The notes: generated by a model not told the origin, from the sequence alone. Shown: positions 10,282-19,907, counted from the first letter of the stretch. The stretch is DNA of 64,000 bases from a virus (IMGVR_UViG_2690316366_000001:44555-108554); one strand, 5' to 3'. Program-made: numbers and translations.

Positions 10282-11493
10282 ATGCGCTTGGTATTCTTTT
10301 TCCTTGCATATCTCTCTTCGATGAGTGCGTCGTTCGCTTCTAACGACTTCGATTACCTAATCGGTAAGTGGACGCCGATTACCGGACCGAAGACCGGTGA
10401 TCCATTTTGGTTTAGCAAGGCCTTCGCCGGTTACGATGCGAATATCCCATGGTGGGGGCAGGCTGCGATTGTGGAGTCAGAGGGAAAGTACGGTTCACAT
10501 CTCAAAGTCGCAGCTGGCAAGGGCGGAGCCAACGCGGAGTGCTTCTACTACGTTAGTAAGATTGGGGAGCGCAAAATGGCGTGGAACTTGCGATATCCTC
10601 CGAATGAGACATCGGAATGTCCTGGATCTCTGGTTTTCGAACGGGAAAACTCTGGTGAGTTGGATGCAAGCTTGAAGAGAGTGAGAGGGTTTTTGCAGTC
10701 AACTGATTATGACACCGCGCTCTCGGAGGCTAACGCGGCCGTTAAGATTGATGGAAGCTCTCCAGCAGCCTTCGAAATTCGGGGAGAAGTTAACTGGACT
10801 AGAAAGAATTATTCCGCGGCTTTGTCCGATTTCAGCGATGCCATCAGATTGTGTCCGGAGTCGGATACGCTACGGCTATCCCGACTCTATCTCTGGAGGG
10901 GAGTGACACACGCCAATTTAAAAGAGATGGATCAGGCTGTCGGAGATTACAGTTCAGTAATCAGGCTTAGTCCGGATGGCCCATACAGCAAGCGAGGCTT
11001 AAACAATCGGGGATGGATTTATTACGATCGGAACAATTTTTCTGCTGCGAAGCGCGACTTTGAAGCGGCGTTAGCGAAAGATCCAAACTATGAGAACGCT
11101 CGTAACGGATTGAACAATACCAAGGAGCGGCTGGCGACAGTCGATATGAATTTCTGCAACGATACCAGCACTGTTCTCTGGGTGGCCGTTTCAGCTGGGC
11201 AGTGGCCGTCTACGGACGCTGTTGTCAGGGGATGGTATGAAGTTGATCCGAAAAAATGCGAAACTGTGGGGCGAGTTTCCAAGTCGGTACCATTCTTATT
11301 CATCGCCGACGGCACAGATGGCAGGAAATGGCGCGGGGAGGGCGAGAACTCCAGAAGAATTTGCATAAATAATAAAACTTACAATCGAAAAGTGGTTCCT
11401 CAATATCGATGCAGTCCCGATGAAACGCTTCAAGTTTTCCACAGGACATTCTTCGGTGAGAATGAGTACGAGCATACAGAACGCATTCAGTAG
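10282..11493 (+). CDS. Secreted TPR-repeat protein with C-terminal DUF1036-like domain (moron)
   Basis: Signal peptide, TPR helices (ALSDFSDAIRL, AVGDYSSVIRLSP), FCNDT...VRGWYEVDPKKC. Confidence 0.8.
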   Translation: MRLVFFFLAYLSSMSASFASNDFDYLIGKWTPITGPKTGDPFWFSKAFAGYDANIPWWGQAAIVESEGKYGSHLKVAAGKGGANAECFYYVSKIGERKMAWNLRYPPNETSECPGSLVFERENSGELDASLKRVRGFLQSTDYDTALSEANAAVKIDGSSPAAFEIRGEVNWTRKNYSAALSDFSDAIRLCPESDTLRLSRLYLWRGVTHANLKEMDQAVGDYSSVIRLSPDGPYSKRGLNNRGWIYYDRNNFSAAKRDFEAALAKDPNYENARNGLNNTKERLATVDMNFCNDTSTVLWVAVSAGQWPSTDAVVRGWYEVDPKKCETVGRVSKSVPFLFIADGTDGRKWRGEGENSRRICINNKTYNRKVVPQYRCSPDETLQVFHRTFFGENEYEHTERIQ

Positions 11494-11903
11494 GTTGTCC
11501 TCGTCAGCTGCGTGGGCAACTCCTGAGCTTCCGACCAGGCGGCTTGCACTCGATGAACTGTAGCCCGAAACCCGGGAAGTGATGAGAAGCATCACTCTCG
11601 TTGTCGTCATCGGAGTCCACCACTCCGCACATCGAGTAACCTGTCGCGCGCGTTGTTCGGGTCGGTGTCCCGGTCGCCGGTAAGCGTTGATCCAAACCTT
11701 GAGCGGGCTTGGGAGCGAGGCTGAGGGCTGGCGGCAGAGTTGACGCACACTGCCGGTCCATGCGCCTGCCGACGAGGTGGAGGATATCGGAGCAGTCACG
11801 GTGCCCTCCGATAAACACGGTGGATGACGATCCAACTTTCCGCTTGCAATCGTAGACAAATCACCTCAGCGAAATCTATTCGTGATTCTGCGTGGAGGAT
11901 GGA

Positions 11904-12806
11904 ATGTCTGAAGCACGGATCACGGATGTCTCGACGACGCACGTCGACAAGGAGCGAGATCGCCGCGCTCGCGTTTTCCAGCGTGATATTCGGCGGGCCA
12001 AGCCGATGTGCTCGTACGCCGGTCTTTCGTACGACGCGCAGATCGTGCTTGAAGAAGAGCGCGCAAGGGCCCGCCGCATTGGCGAAGCCGGCATCGAATG
12101 GGCCATGGGCTACGACACCCCCGTCGCACGCCTGGTGACGGAGTATTTCCGTTCGAACAAGCTGTTTCAGCAAGGCTACCAGCATGCTGCAGTTCGCGCT
12201 GCTGACTTGCTCAATATTCTGGGCAAGCCGCTGACGAAGAAGGAGCGGAAGGCGAAGGACGAGGAGGGCCGTCTTGCCAGCGGCAAGCGCAAGCACGTCA
12301 TCCCGGATCCCCAAAACCCGTCGCTCAACGTGATGGTCGACACCGTGCGGGCATCGCACCTGAACCTGACGGAATCCAAAAAGCGGGGCGCGGCCGACCC
12401 GGAAGACAAGCTCCGTCAAAGTGCCGCGGACCGATTTCGCCGAGACTTCGACTTGGCCATGTTCCACGGGTCGAGAGGGTTCGCGCTGCAGGACAAGGTC
12501 GATGGTGTGGGTGGCGGATCGCCATCTCATACCATCGCCCTCGAGGCTAGCGGCCGTCTGAAAGAAGTCGAGCGGCTCCTCGGCGAGCGTCAGTTCGACA
12601 TCCTGTTCGCCAGGATCGGACTCGAGCACAGCAGCGAGGACGTCCGCCTGCAAGGCGGCGAAGAGCACAGAACAAACAACGCTGACTTCCGTGTCGCACT
12701 GAACGCGCTCGTCAAGCTCTACGACGGCATCGTGATCGTCGACCGGACGTGGGATGCGGTGCGCCGGCTCAAGACCGCCTCCGGCATGGGCTTGCGGAAG
12801 AAGTAG
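11904..12806 (+). CDS. Putative late transcription activator (DUF6456-like C-terminal domain)
   Basis: GGAGG RBS; AADRFRRDF motif; position between replication genes and packaging HNH. Confidence 0.55.
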   Translation: MSEARITDVSTTHVDKERDRRARVFQRDIRRAKPMCSYAGLSYDAQIVLEEERARARRIGEAGIEWAMGYDTPVARLVTEYFRSNKLFQQGYQHAAVRAADLLNILGKPLTKKERKAKDEEGRLASGKRKHVIPDPQNPSLNVMVDTVRASHLNLTESKKRGAADPEDKLRQSAADRFRRDFDLAMFHGSRGFALQDKVDGVGGGSPSHTIALEASGRLKEVERLLGERQFDILFARIGLEHSSEDVRLQGGEEHRTNNADFRVALNALVKLYDGIVIVDRTWDAVRRLKTASGMGLRKK

Positions 12807-12817
12807 GGGCCGGATCG

Positions 12818-13012
12818 ATGTCGCTCGGACGGTTTGCTCCCAACGCCCGCGAAACCCCGCTGGAGACCAAGCAGCGGGTTTGGCGTGAATACGGTCTCCT
12901 TCTGGTTGACGTCGATAAGGACCAGATGACCTGGGACCAGCGCGAAATGCTGCGCTCGATGGGCCGCAAAATGTTCGGTCCGAGGCGCAACGAGAAGGTG
13001 AGCGGTCGATGA
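12818..13012 (+). CDS. Small phage hypothetical protein
   Basis: Operon packing, ATGA overlap with next gene. Confidence 0.6.
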   Translation: MSLGRFAPNARETPLETKQRVWREYGLLLVDVDKDQMTWDQREMLRSMGRKMFGPRRNEKVSGR

Positions 13013-13233
13013 GCCGAGAGAGCCGCAGAGAGCGGGCCATGAATCTGTTCGAGGAATGGAAGCGAGATCCGGACGCGTTCAACGAGCGCTATCGAATTCC
13101 GATGACGTTTCAGTGCGGACAGGACCCGAAGGTTGGAGCGCTCAACTCGATCGCCAACCATGTGCTCGGCAGCGGTTATGTCGTCCACGAAGTCATCTGC
13201 GCCGATCCGGTCCTGTTCCTGGAGCCGGTATGA
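13009..13233 (+). CDS. Small phage hypothetical protein
   Basis: ATGA overlaps on both sides. Confidence 0.6.
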   Translation: MSRESRRERAMNLFEEWKRDPDAFNERYRIPMTFQCGQDPKVGALNSIANHVLGSGYVVHEVICADPVLFLEPV

Positions 13234-13574
13234 CCCGCGCCCGTATCCCGACGCTCGGCCCACGCGTGCCGACGCTCGACACCCGCAAAGTGAAACCGCC
13301 ACCCAAGCTGGCCGACCCGCATTACCAGACCGCTGAGCACAAGGACTGGGCCCGGAAGGTTAAGGGCCGCGCCGGCTGGCGGTGTGAGCACGTCGAGGAC
13401 GGTCGCCGATGCGAGCGGAGCCGGGCCAACGGCGACCAGGTCTATGCCGACCACGTCATCGAGATCCGGGACGATCGATCACGCGCGTTGGATCTAGACA
13501 ATGGAGCCTGCAAATGCGCCGAGCACAACGTCCGGAAGGGACTGGAAGCTCGAGCAAACCGCATGAGATCGTAG
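13230..13574 (+). CDS. Packaging-associated HNH endonuclease (HK97 gp74-like)
   Basis: RAGWRCE...C...ADHVIEIRD...LDLDNGACKCAEHNVRK. Confidence 0.85.
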   Translation: MTRARIPTLGPRVPTLDTRKVKPPPKLADPHYQTAEHKDWARKVKGRAGWRCEHVEDGRRCERSRANGDQVYADHVIEIRDDRSRALDLDNGACKCAEHNVRKGLEARANRMRS

Positions 13575-13583
13575 GAGGGAGCA

Positions 13584-13865
13584 ATGTCGAGAGAGCCGAC
13601 ATCGCGCGCTGACGCGCTCCGTGCCCAGCGGGAAGCTAACTGGGAGCGGAATCAGGCACTGAAGCGCGAACTCGACGCACGCGACGCCGTAGCAGCGGCG
13701 GCCGCTGCCAAGGATGAAACGCCGGCGCCGAAGCGGGCACCGACGAAGAGGGGCAGAAGCGCGGAAGGGTCCGAAGGAGATAGCCAGCGCACTAACTCTG
13801 GATCTCTCCGATCACTCGATAGTGCTTGCGGGGTAAAACGCCGACCTCGGAACGTCCGCGGATGA
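13584..13865 (+). CDS. Hypothetical protein; 3' end overlaps the convergent island gene
   Basis: AGGAGG RBS; helical N-terminus. Confidence 0.45.
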   Translation: MSREPTSRADALRAQREANWERNQALKRELDARDAVAAAAAAKDETPAPKRAPTKRGRSAEGSEGDSQRTNSGSLRSLDSACGVKRRPRNVRG

Positions 13866-14778
13866 ACGGACGCCACCAGTATATCCCGCTCTTGCGGACC
13901 TTGAAGTGGCCCCGAACCTCATGCTCTCGTATCTCCGCATCGGATAGGTGCTGGGCCTCGGCACTTGCGGACTGTCGGGATGAGAGTTTGATCGTTACAA
14001 TCGAATGACTGAGACGCTTTGGCTTGGTGCCGGTGCGCTTCCGATTGATCTTTGAAAGGTCGGCATCGACTATGTCGATGGCATTGCGGCTGTTCAAGAG
14101 CGCAATTGCTGCGATTACTCGCTTGCTCTCGCCGACCAAATTCTCAGCTGCTGAAGCCTCTAATTGCTTTAACTGCAACGGTGGAACAGTTTTGATTAAT
14201 GCACCGTAGAAACGGCAGGGGGTGGCCGACTCTAGGCTGGTCAGTGCTTTGATTGCATCCCACTCACGTTCGTTGCCGCTAAACCTCTGGACGTATTCAT
14301 CGGATATCTCCCATTTGGATCGAGGCACCCAATCGGGGAATTGCCCGCTGGGACAGATAAATGAACTCAAATATGAAAGGTTCAACCGGGCGGACTCGTC
14401 GTGCAAGCCTCTCGCGACCGCAGAGGCTCGGGAGTGCAGCCAAACGTAGCTAGCCAAAATCAGCCCTTCTTCGGGCGTTTCAAGGAGCACGCCGAACTTG
14501 TCGGGCATCGGCAAGCTTTCAGTTGCCTCGCTGCGGTGAAGTGACCTGCGCTCAGACCATTCGAGCCAAACCGTTGGGAAAGGCAGTCGAACCATCGGAA
14601 CCGCTGACAGCAGGCTCGACGGCTTTGCGAAAGCAACTTGGCTCATGGCCTCGGCGGAGGTATCGCTGAATAGAAACCGCTGGGCCGTCCTGAGTTGGGT
14701 GGCAAGTTGGGTGATGGCTCCGCGAAACTGGCGATCGGCTGCAGATCCGACATTCTCGAGAACGATATCGGCTAACAT
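13792..14778 (-). CDS. Hypothetical protein (328 aa, lower GC) with C-terminal HEVRGH...WWRPF motif
   Basis: Long ORF with AGGA RBS; last gene of the leftward island. Confidence 0.75.
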   Translation of the reverse strand: MLADIVLENVGSAADRQFRGAITQLATQLRTAQRFLFSDTSAEAMSQVAFAKPSSLLSAVPMVRLPFPTVWLEWSERRSLHRSEATESLPMPDKFGVLLETPEEGLILASYVWLHSRASAVARGLHDESARLNLSYLSSFICPSGQFPDWVPRSKWEISDEYVQRFSGNEREWDAIKALTSLESATPCRFYGALIKTVPPLQLKQLEASAAENLVGESKRVIAAIALLNSRNAIDIVDADLSKINRKRTGTKPKRLSHSIVTIKLSSRQSASAEAQHLSDAEIREHEVRGHFKVRKSGIYWWRPFIRGRSEVGVLPRKHYRVIGEIQS

Positions 14779-14784
14779 GCGGTC

Positions 14785-15114
14785 CTACTCGCCCTGTTCG
14801 ATATCGGCGTCCGCCGGCATCTGCCTCAGCTTCTGATAGGGAAATTCACCGAGATCCGGATGCAGCCGGTCGTGCTGGATCATCGCAGCCGCAGCCATGC
14901 GAGCTGTCCCGTGCGCGTTCGGCAGCGTCATCATGGTCAGCGCTATCGGCACCCAAGTCGGGATGTCGTTCCCCCCGTTGGCCCATTTCGTGACCGTGGT
15001 AAGGTTCTGGCACCAGATCCTGGCGAATGCGGGCACGGACATGCCTTGCTTGGCCAACTCGGCCTTGAAGTCCGCGGCCGAGATCTTGCGGTGAACAAAT
15101 CGGGGTGGGGACAT
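14785..15114 (-). CDS. XRE/Cro-like helix-turn-helix protein
   Basis: ISAADFKAELAKQGMSVPAFARIWCQNLTTVTKWANGGNDIP; AAAGGA RBS preceded by island hairpin. Confidence 0.75.
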   Translation of the reverse strand: MSPPRFVHRKISAADFKAELAKQGMSVPAFARIWCQNLTTVTKWANGGNDIPTWVPIALTMMTLPNAHGTARMAAAAMIQHDRLHPDLGEFPYQKLRQMPADADIEQGE

Positions 15115-15207
15115 CTGGAGATTCCTTTCCGGTTGGGCACAATCGCCCGGAATCGGCCGTAGCCGAGGGGGTAGCACAAAATCGATCGTAGCCGGGAGTC
15201 CCGGCCG

Positions 15208-15579
15208 TCAGGTGTAGTCGAGCGGATTGACCATCTGCTTGCCGACGGTCATCACCGGCGGGATGACGCCGCCGCGCTTAATCGCTGCCAGCCATTGCGC
15301 CTCCGTTCCCGTGAAGCCTGGTGCAGCCTCCACATGATGGTCGGCCAGCCATTTGGCGAGGGCCTCGGGCGAGGCGCACGGCGGCGAAACCGGTGTGCCG
15401 GCGCTGGTGGTCTCGTATAGCTGCCAATGCGTTCGCTCCGCGGCTGGCCAGGCCGGCATGCTGCGCGCGGGATCGGGCGAGGGCGCATCCGGGCCGGACT
15501 CGAGCAGCGGGACATATCGGCCGCCGGAGTTGCGGGGGTGCTGCCAGTCAGCGGGCACTTGCCTGACGGTTCTTGACAT
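15208..15579 (-). CDS. Phage hypothetical protein (THWQLYETTSAGTPVSP motif)
   Basis: AAAGGAG RBS; clean ORF. Confidence 0.75.
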   Translation of the reverse strand: MSRTVRQVPADWQHPRNSGGRYVPLLESGPDAPSPDPARSMPAWPAAERTHWQLYETTSAGTPVSPPCASPEALAKWLADHHVEAAPGFTGTEAQWLAAIKRGGVIPPVMTVGKQMVNPLDYT

Positions 15580-15615
15580 AGCAATCTCCTTTCAAAATCG
15601 ATCGTATCCGGGGGA

Positions 15616-15888
15616 TCAGAACAGCGAGCCTTGCGCGGGCGCCGGCGGCTCAGGTTTAAGACGTCCGAGGTGCTCGACCGTCTCGCCTATGATCTGGTCG
15701 CGATCATCATCGATCAGCAGCCAACCATCATCGCCGCCCGCTGGATCGTAAACCACGAAGTCACCGCCCCAACGCTTGAAGATGCGTTGGGCCACCAGGC
15801 GCACGGCCGCGGGAACGTCCGTTGCGGCGTCGAACCCGGCCCGCGTCACGATCTTGAAGCCGGCCGCCGTCAGTATCTGTTCGGTCAT
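15616..15888 (-). CDS. Hypothetical protein ending in QGSLF (beta-clamp-binding-like motif)
   Basis: ORF coupled to the upstream gene; C-terminal QGSLF after a Pro-rich linker. Confidence 0.7.
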   Translation of the reverse strand: MTEQILTAAGFKIVTRAGFDAATDVPAAVRLVAQRIFKRWGGDFVVYDPAGGDDGWLLIDDDRDQIIGETVEHLGRLKPEPPAPAQGSLF

Positions 15889-16079
15889 GTTCGCTGGCCC
15901 TTCGCTCGTTCAAGGGCCGCTTGCACCTCCCAAGCCTGATAGATCGCCCCTCGGGCTTCCGTAAGCTTCTCCCGAACCTCTGGCCGCAATCGCTGGTCAT
16001 TCGAGTCCATGACGCGCGTGAGGCCGTCCAGGAGCCGGTTATAGGTGTCCCAGTGGAAAGGGTGCTTGCGTGCTGTCAC
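15885..16079 (-). CDS. Small helical hypothetical protein (GTG start)
   Basis: GTGA overlap with upstream stop; GAGGG upstream. Confidence 0.6.
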   Translation of the reverse strand: MTARKHPFHWDTYNRLLDGLTRVMDSNDQRLRPEVREKLTEARGAIYQAWEVQAALERAKGQRT

Positions 16080-16387
16080 CGCCGCGCCCTCGCGGCTGCA
16101 TGAACCTTGCGGGCGAGCTCGTCGCGGATCGCGCGGCCAACGTCGGAGTCCTCCATAGCGGTCAGCCAAAGGCGTTCATCGTCCTTGACGACGGCCGCCG
16201 CGGCTTCCTCCAGCGTTTTGCCGGCCATGAAGTGCGGCGCCACGCGGGCAATGAAGGTCTTTTCGTCGTCCGTCAGCTGACGGCCCGGAGCCGGCGGCGC
16301 AGCGAAGGCACCTCCGAGCGCTTCGAGGACGCCGGCGCGCGCGCCTTCAACGGGACCGGAATAGATTTCAGTCTTCTTGGCCGTCAT
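16076..16387 (-). CDS. Hypothetical protein (103 aa)
   Basis: GGAGG RBS. Confidence 0.7.
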   Translation of the reverse strand: MTAKKTEIYSGPVEGARAGVLEALGGAFAAPPAPGRQLTDDEKTFIARVAPHFMAGKTLEEAAAAVVKDDERLWLTAMEDSDVGRAIRDELARKVHAAARARR

Positions 16388-16470
16388 GGGTGAACCTCCG
16401 TTCAAATCGGTCGTAGCCGAGGGGGTGATGGGAAATCGATCGTAGCCGGGGAGGTGGGCGCAGCCGGGGG

Positions 16471-18831
16471 CTATCCCGGCGGCGGCCCATCGATCACGAC
16501 GAGCGCTGTGTTGACCATGGTACCGGCGGCCTTGAATGACCCCGCGGGCAGAGGGCGGTATTCCACCGCCATCGGTTCGAGCTTCGCCCGCTGGCGCGGA
16601 CCGTCGGCGCAGATCGCGACGAGCCGGCCACGAGGCTTCAAGAACTTCCGGCCATGCGTGATGTGCTTGATGTCGGCGCCGTTCTCAAATGGCGGGTTCA
16701 TCAAGACAATGTCGAAACGCTCGGCCGGCGGGTCGAAGTCCAGGAAGTCGCCGCAGTGGACGAACGTGCCGGGGAACGCTGCGCGCAGGTGCTCCGAAAG
16801 TTTTGCGTTGATCTCGACCGCCACCACCTGCAGACCATCGGCGCAGTTGCGCGCAGCTTCGATCAGTGCGCCCGTTCCGGCGCTCGGCTCCAAGATGCGC
16901 TGCCCGGGCCGGATGTCGGCCGCCTCTGCCACGTCCGCGGCGAGTTCGCCCGATGTCGGGAAGAGCTGAGGCGCAACGACGACTTGCACGCCGCCGCCTT
17001 TCAGCATCGCCCGCATGGCCTCGAAACTATCCGCCGCCGTCGGCGCGGGCAAATCGGCCGTATCCGGGACCGGGGCGAGAACGCGCGGCCGAAGGTCCGC
17101 CGGCACGGGCTCGGCCTCGAACGGCACGCCAGCCAGTCCGCAGAATTGCCGCCAGGCGGTCGCCTCGTCGTCGCACCAATCTGTAACGTGCTGGCCGAGG
17201 CCAACACGGAATTTGCCGAGTCCGGTGATGATCTCGGCGCCCGCGCGCTGCGCCTCCGCCTTGGCATCGCCGAGGCGCCGCGGCTCTTCCGCGGGCGCAA
17301 CCGGGACCAGCGCCGCCACGGCCTCGGGCTCGTCCTGGGCCTCCCTCTCGACCGGTGCGCCGATGATCGCGCCGACCGTTGCCAGCATGGCGTCAAGATC
17401 AACCGCGGGCGGCGCGACATACTCGGCGACGAATTCGGCCGGCTCGGTTGGCTCCGGTGCTGGCGCGATCTTGGGCGGATCGACCCGCTTTGCATCCGTG
17501 ATGTAAACTTGGACCTTCTTCCAGTATTCACCGGGCTTCGGCATCTGGCGGACGCGGTGCGCGCTGTGGGTCTCGGTCTCCTTCACTTTGCCGATATAGG
17601 GGAAATCCGAGAACTGCGGGCGCGCCTTCCATTCGGCCTCCGTCATCTCGCGGAATCCTTCGCCGGGATAGTTGCAGATCGGCGGGAGCTTGGCGGCGGA
17701 CTTCGCCGCGGCGACGTTCTCCGCGCTCGGCGGCCGATAATCGCTGATGCTCTCCACGCTCCATTGCGCGCGCTTGGAGCGCGAGCCAGTCGGCGCGGTC
17801 GTCGTCATGCTGGAAACCGAACCGTTGGCGCCCTTGTTGACCTTCAGCACGGTAAGCCACTCGTCGCAGCGGCTCGTCTGCACCTGACCGCCGACCGCGA
17901 AGGCGAAGCGGTCCGCAAGCGGGTTGGCGGTCGCCTCCGCTCCGATCTGCTCGGCCAGCATCGCCCGTTCATAGGCCAGCCGGTTGTCATAGTGCGCAAT
18001 CCAGCGGGCGCGCCGAGGCCCGGAGCGCTCCAGGCTCGGAATCGCAATCGCGGCGGCCTGCGCGGCGGTGATGACGTTCCCATCAATCGCCGACCAAAGG
18101 CCCATTGGCCCCTCATACTGCGAGGCCGGCGGGTCGCGCGGATAATCGGCCAACGGAAACGACATCGACCAATAACCGCCGACATTGGCCACGGCCAAGC
18201 CGGCCGCGCGCTGCTTCTCGGGGTCATTGATGCCGGCGACGATTTGCCAGGCCTTCAGCTGCCTTTCGGTCTCCGCCTGCTGGCGCTCCACCTTCCGCTT
18301 GTCGGACTCAATGCCCTTGATGCGGCGATGACGCACCGCCGGCAGTTCCTTGTATTTCGCATGAGCGATTGCGCCGGCCGCGCGCGCAGTCCAATAATTC
18401 GAGGTGTCCCAGAGCCTGACCGCCTTGCGCATGTTGCTGTGTATGCGCTCTTGATCCTTGCGGGCACGCTTCTCGCTGTGGTGCCCAACCAAAATAGGCT
18501 GCCCCCCATAGAAGCGCTCGGCGATCTCATCGGACACTTTCCGCGCGCTCTCGGCTTCCGCCAAGCGCTTTTCGCTATACCCCTCGAAGCGGTCGGCGCG
18601 CTGCTCGGCGCGGTCGGTCAGCGCGGTGTCTTCGTCGCCGATCTCGCCACACATCTCAATCAGCAAGTCTTCGGCGCCGGGGCTCCAGGTTGGTTTGACG
18701 AACAGTTCTTGACGCGGCGCCCACTTGAAGCCGGCGGCCTTCACGCGCGCGTAATCCTCGGCGTCGAGCCGGTGCGCCGGATAAAGGCGCAGCTTGTTGT
18801 CATCGGGCGAATAGGTGGCGGAATGCTGCAT
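16471..18831 (-). CDS. DUF3560-like N-terminal domain fused to a gamma-class DNA adenine methyltransferase
   Basis: GQPILVGHHSEKRARKD motif; C-terminal FPT, LEPSAGTG, AVEIN, LMNPPF; preceded by island hairpin and AAAGGA. Confidence 0.85.
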   Translation of the reverse strand: MQHSATYSPDDNKLRLYPAHRLDAEDYARVKAAGFKWAPRQELFVKPTWSPGAEDLLIEMCGEIGDEDTALTDRAEQRADRFEGYSEKRLAEAESARKVSDEIAERFYGGQPILVGHHSEKRARKDQERIHSNMRKAVRLWDTSNYWTARAAGAIAHAKYKELPAVRHRRIKGIESDKRKVERQQAETERQLKAWQIVAGINDPEKQRAAGLAVANVGGYWSMSFPLADYPRDPPASQYEGPMGLWSAIDGNVITAAQAAAIAIPSLERSGPRRARWIAHYDNRLAYERAMLAEQIGAEATANPLADRFAFAVGGQVQTSRCDEWLTVLKVNKGANGSVSSMTTTAPTGSRSKRAQWSVESISDYRPPSAENVAAAKSAAKLPPICNYPGEGFREMTEAEWKARPQFSDFPYIGKVKETETHSAHRVRQMPKPGEYWKKVQVYITDAKRVDPPKIAPAPEPTEPAEFVAEYVAPPAVDLDAMLATVGAIIGAPVEREAQDEPEAVAALVPVAPAEEPRRLGDAKAEAQRAGAEIITGLGKFRVGLGQHVTDWCDDEATAWRQFCGLAGVPFEAEPVPADLRPRVLAPVPDTADLPAPTAADSFEAMRAMLKGGGVQVVVAPQLFPTSGELAADVAEAADIRPGQRILEPSAGTGALIEAARNCADGLQVVAVEINAKLSEHLRAAFPGTFVHCGDFLDFDPPAERFDIVLMNPPFENGADIKHITHGRKFLKPRGRLVAICADGPRQRAKLEPMAVEYRPLPAGSFKAAGTMVNTALVVIDGPPPG

Positions 18832-18875
18832 GTGTTTTCATCCTTTCAACTTGCGCACAATCGCGCGGGGCTGCT

Positions 18876-18905
18876 TCTCTAATTTGTGTCGGCCGAATCT
18901 GTCAA
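18876..18905 (-). promoter_or_regulatory. Candidate sigma70-type promoter for the methyltransferase sub-operon
   Basis: Perfect TTGACA (18905-18900) followed after 18 bp by a weak TAGAGA -10. Confidence 0.45.
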
Positions 18906-18960
18906 GCGTGTTTGCAAAATCGGCCGTAGCTCGGGGGTGGAAAATCGATCGTAGCCGGGA

Positions 18961-19863
18961 CTACTGCGCAGTGCCGACGCGCAGGAGTGCCAAGGCGTGA
19001 TACTCGCTGCCCTCGGCGGCCTTGGCCTTTACGAATGCCTCGGCCTCGTCGTCGCGGCTCACGCCGTCGCGGACAAATATTGAAGACTCGGCGTCCGCCT
19101 GAATCTCAAGCGTGCCGGTGTCGCTGTTCTCGAACAGGCCCCATCCTTCCGAGCAAGCGCGGTCATCCTGCCCGATGAATTGCGCCGCGGGCGCAGCCGG
19201 GAGGCCGGCGGCCGCTCGGCGATAGGCCTCGGCCGCCTCGTCAGCGTCGGAGACCGCTTCCGCAATCGTGCCGTCCTCGTCGCTGAACATGCCGCGCATC
19301 TGGTCAATCTGATGGGTGCAGGCGTCGAGCGCGCCGGCCAGGTCGCGGGCGATCTGGCGCCAGTCCTGCGCAGGCGCAACCGGGACTGTGCCGCCGACAA
19401 TCTCCAATTCCTCGACCCGGAAGAAGTCGCCGCGCATTTCGCCGACGCGCTCAAAATAGGCTTCCGCTAGCTCGTCAGGATCGGCCGGCTTGTCCTCGTC
19501 CATCCGTGCGGCCCAATTCTCGGCCGCGATCTCACGGCGCCAGGCGCGCGCCGTGTCGCTGTTAGGATAGAGGCGCGTTTCGTCGCCGTGCCGGGTTTCA
19601 TGGGTAGCCACGGCGAGCGGTGGCAGCGTCACGGTCTGCTCTTCGATGATGCAGGGGCCGTCAACGGCATCTTCCCATAGCTCGCTGATATTGTCCGCCG
19701 TCGCGGCCTCGACCGCGGCCAGGCGCTCGGGGGTCCGCTTGAGGATGTCGCGCAGGCTCGTGCGGACATATTCCGCCGCCTCGGACTGCGTGGCGTGCAC
19801 CGTGGTTTCGGTCCCGCAGTTGTCGCCCTCAGTGGTGCAAGTCCAAATCGTGATTGTGCTCAT
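18961..19863 (-). CDS. Acidic hypothetical protein (300 aa), probably multidomain
   Basis: AAAGGAG RBS; D/E-rich. Confidence 0.75.
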   Translation of the reverse strand: MSTITIWTCTTEGDNCGTETTVHATQSEAAEYVRTSLRDILKRTPERLAAVEAATADNISELWEDAVDGPCIIEEQTVTLPPLAVATHETRHGDETRLYPNSDTARAWRREIAAENWAARMDEDKPADPDELAEAYFERVGEMRGDFFRVEELEIVGGTVPVAPAQDWRQIARDLAGALDACTHQIDQMRGMFSDEDGTIAEAVSDADEAAEAYRRAAAGLPAAPAAQFIGQDDRACSEGWGLFENSDTGTLEIQADAESSIFVRDGVSRDDEAEAFVKAKAAEGSEYHALALLRVGTAQ

Positions 19864-19907
19864 TGTGATGATCTCCTTTCAAAAACAACCGTAGCCAAGG
19901 GGCGGAA

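Noticed and set aside
11504-11818. 104-aa minus-strand ORF next to the moron
   Set aside because: No convincing RBS, start or protein features; may be non-coding or a remnant.
16654-18882. 742-aa plus-strand ORF
   Set aside because: Antisense shadow of the DUF3560-methyltransferase gene in high-GC DNA; no recognisable motifs.
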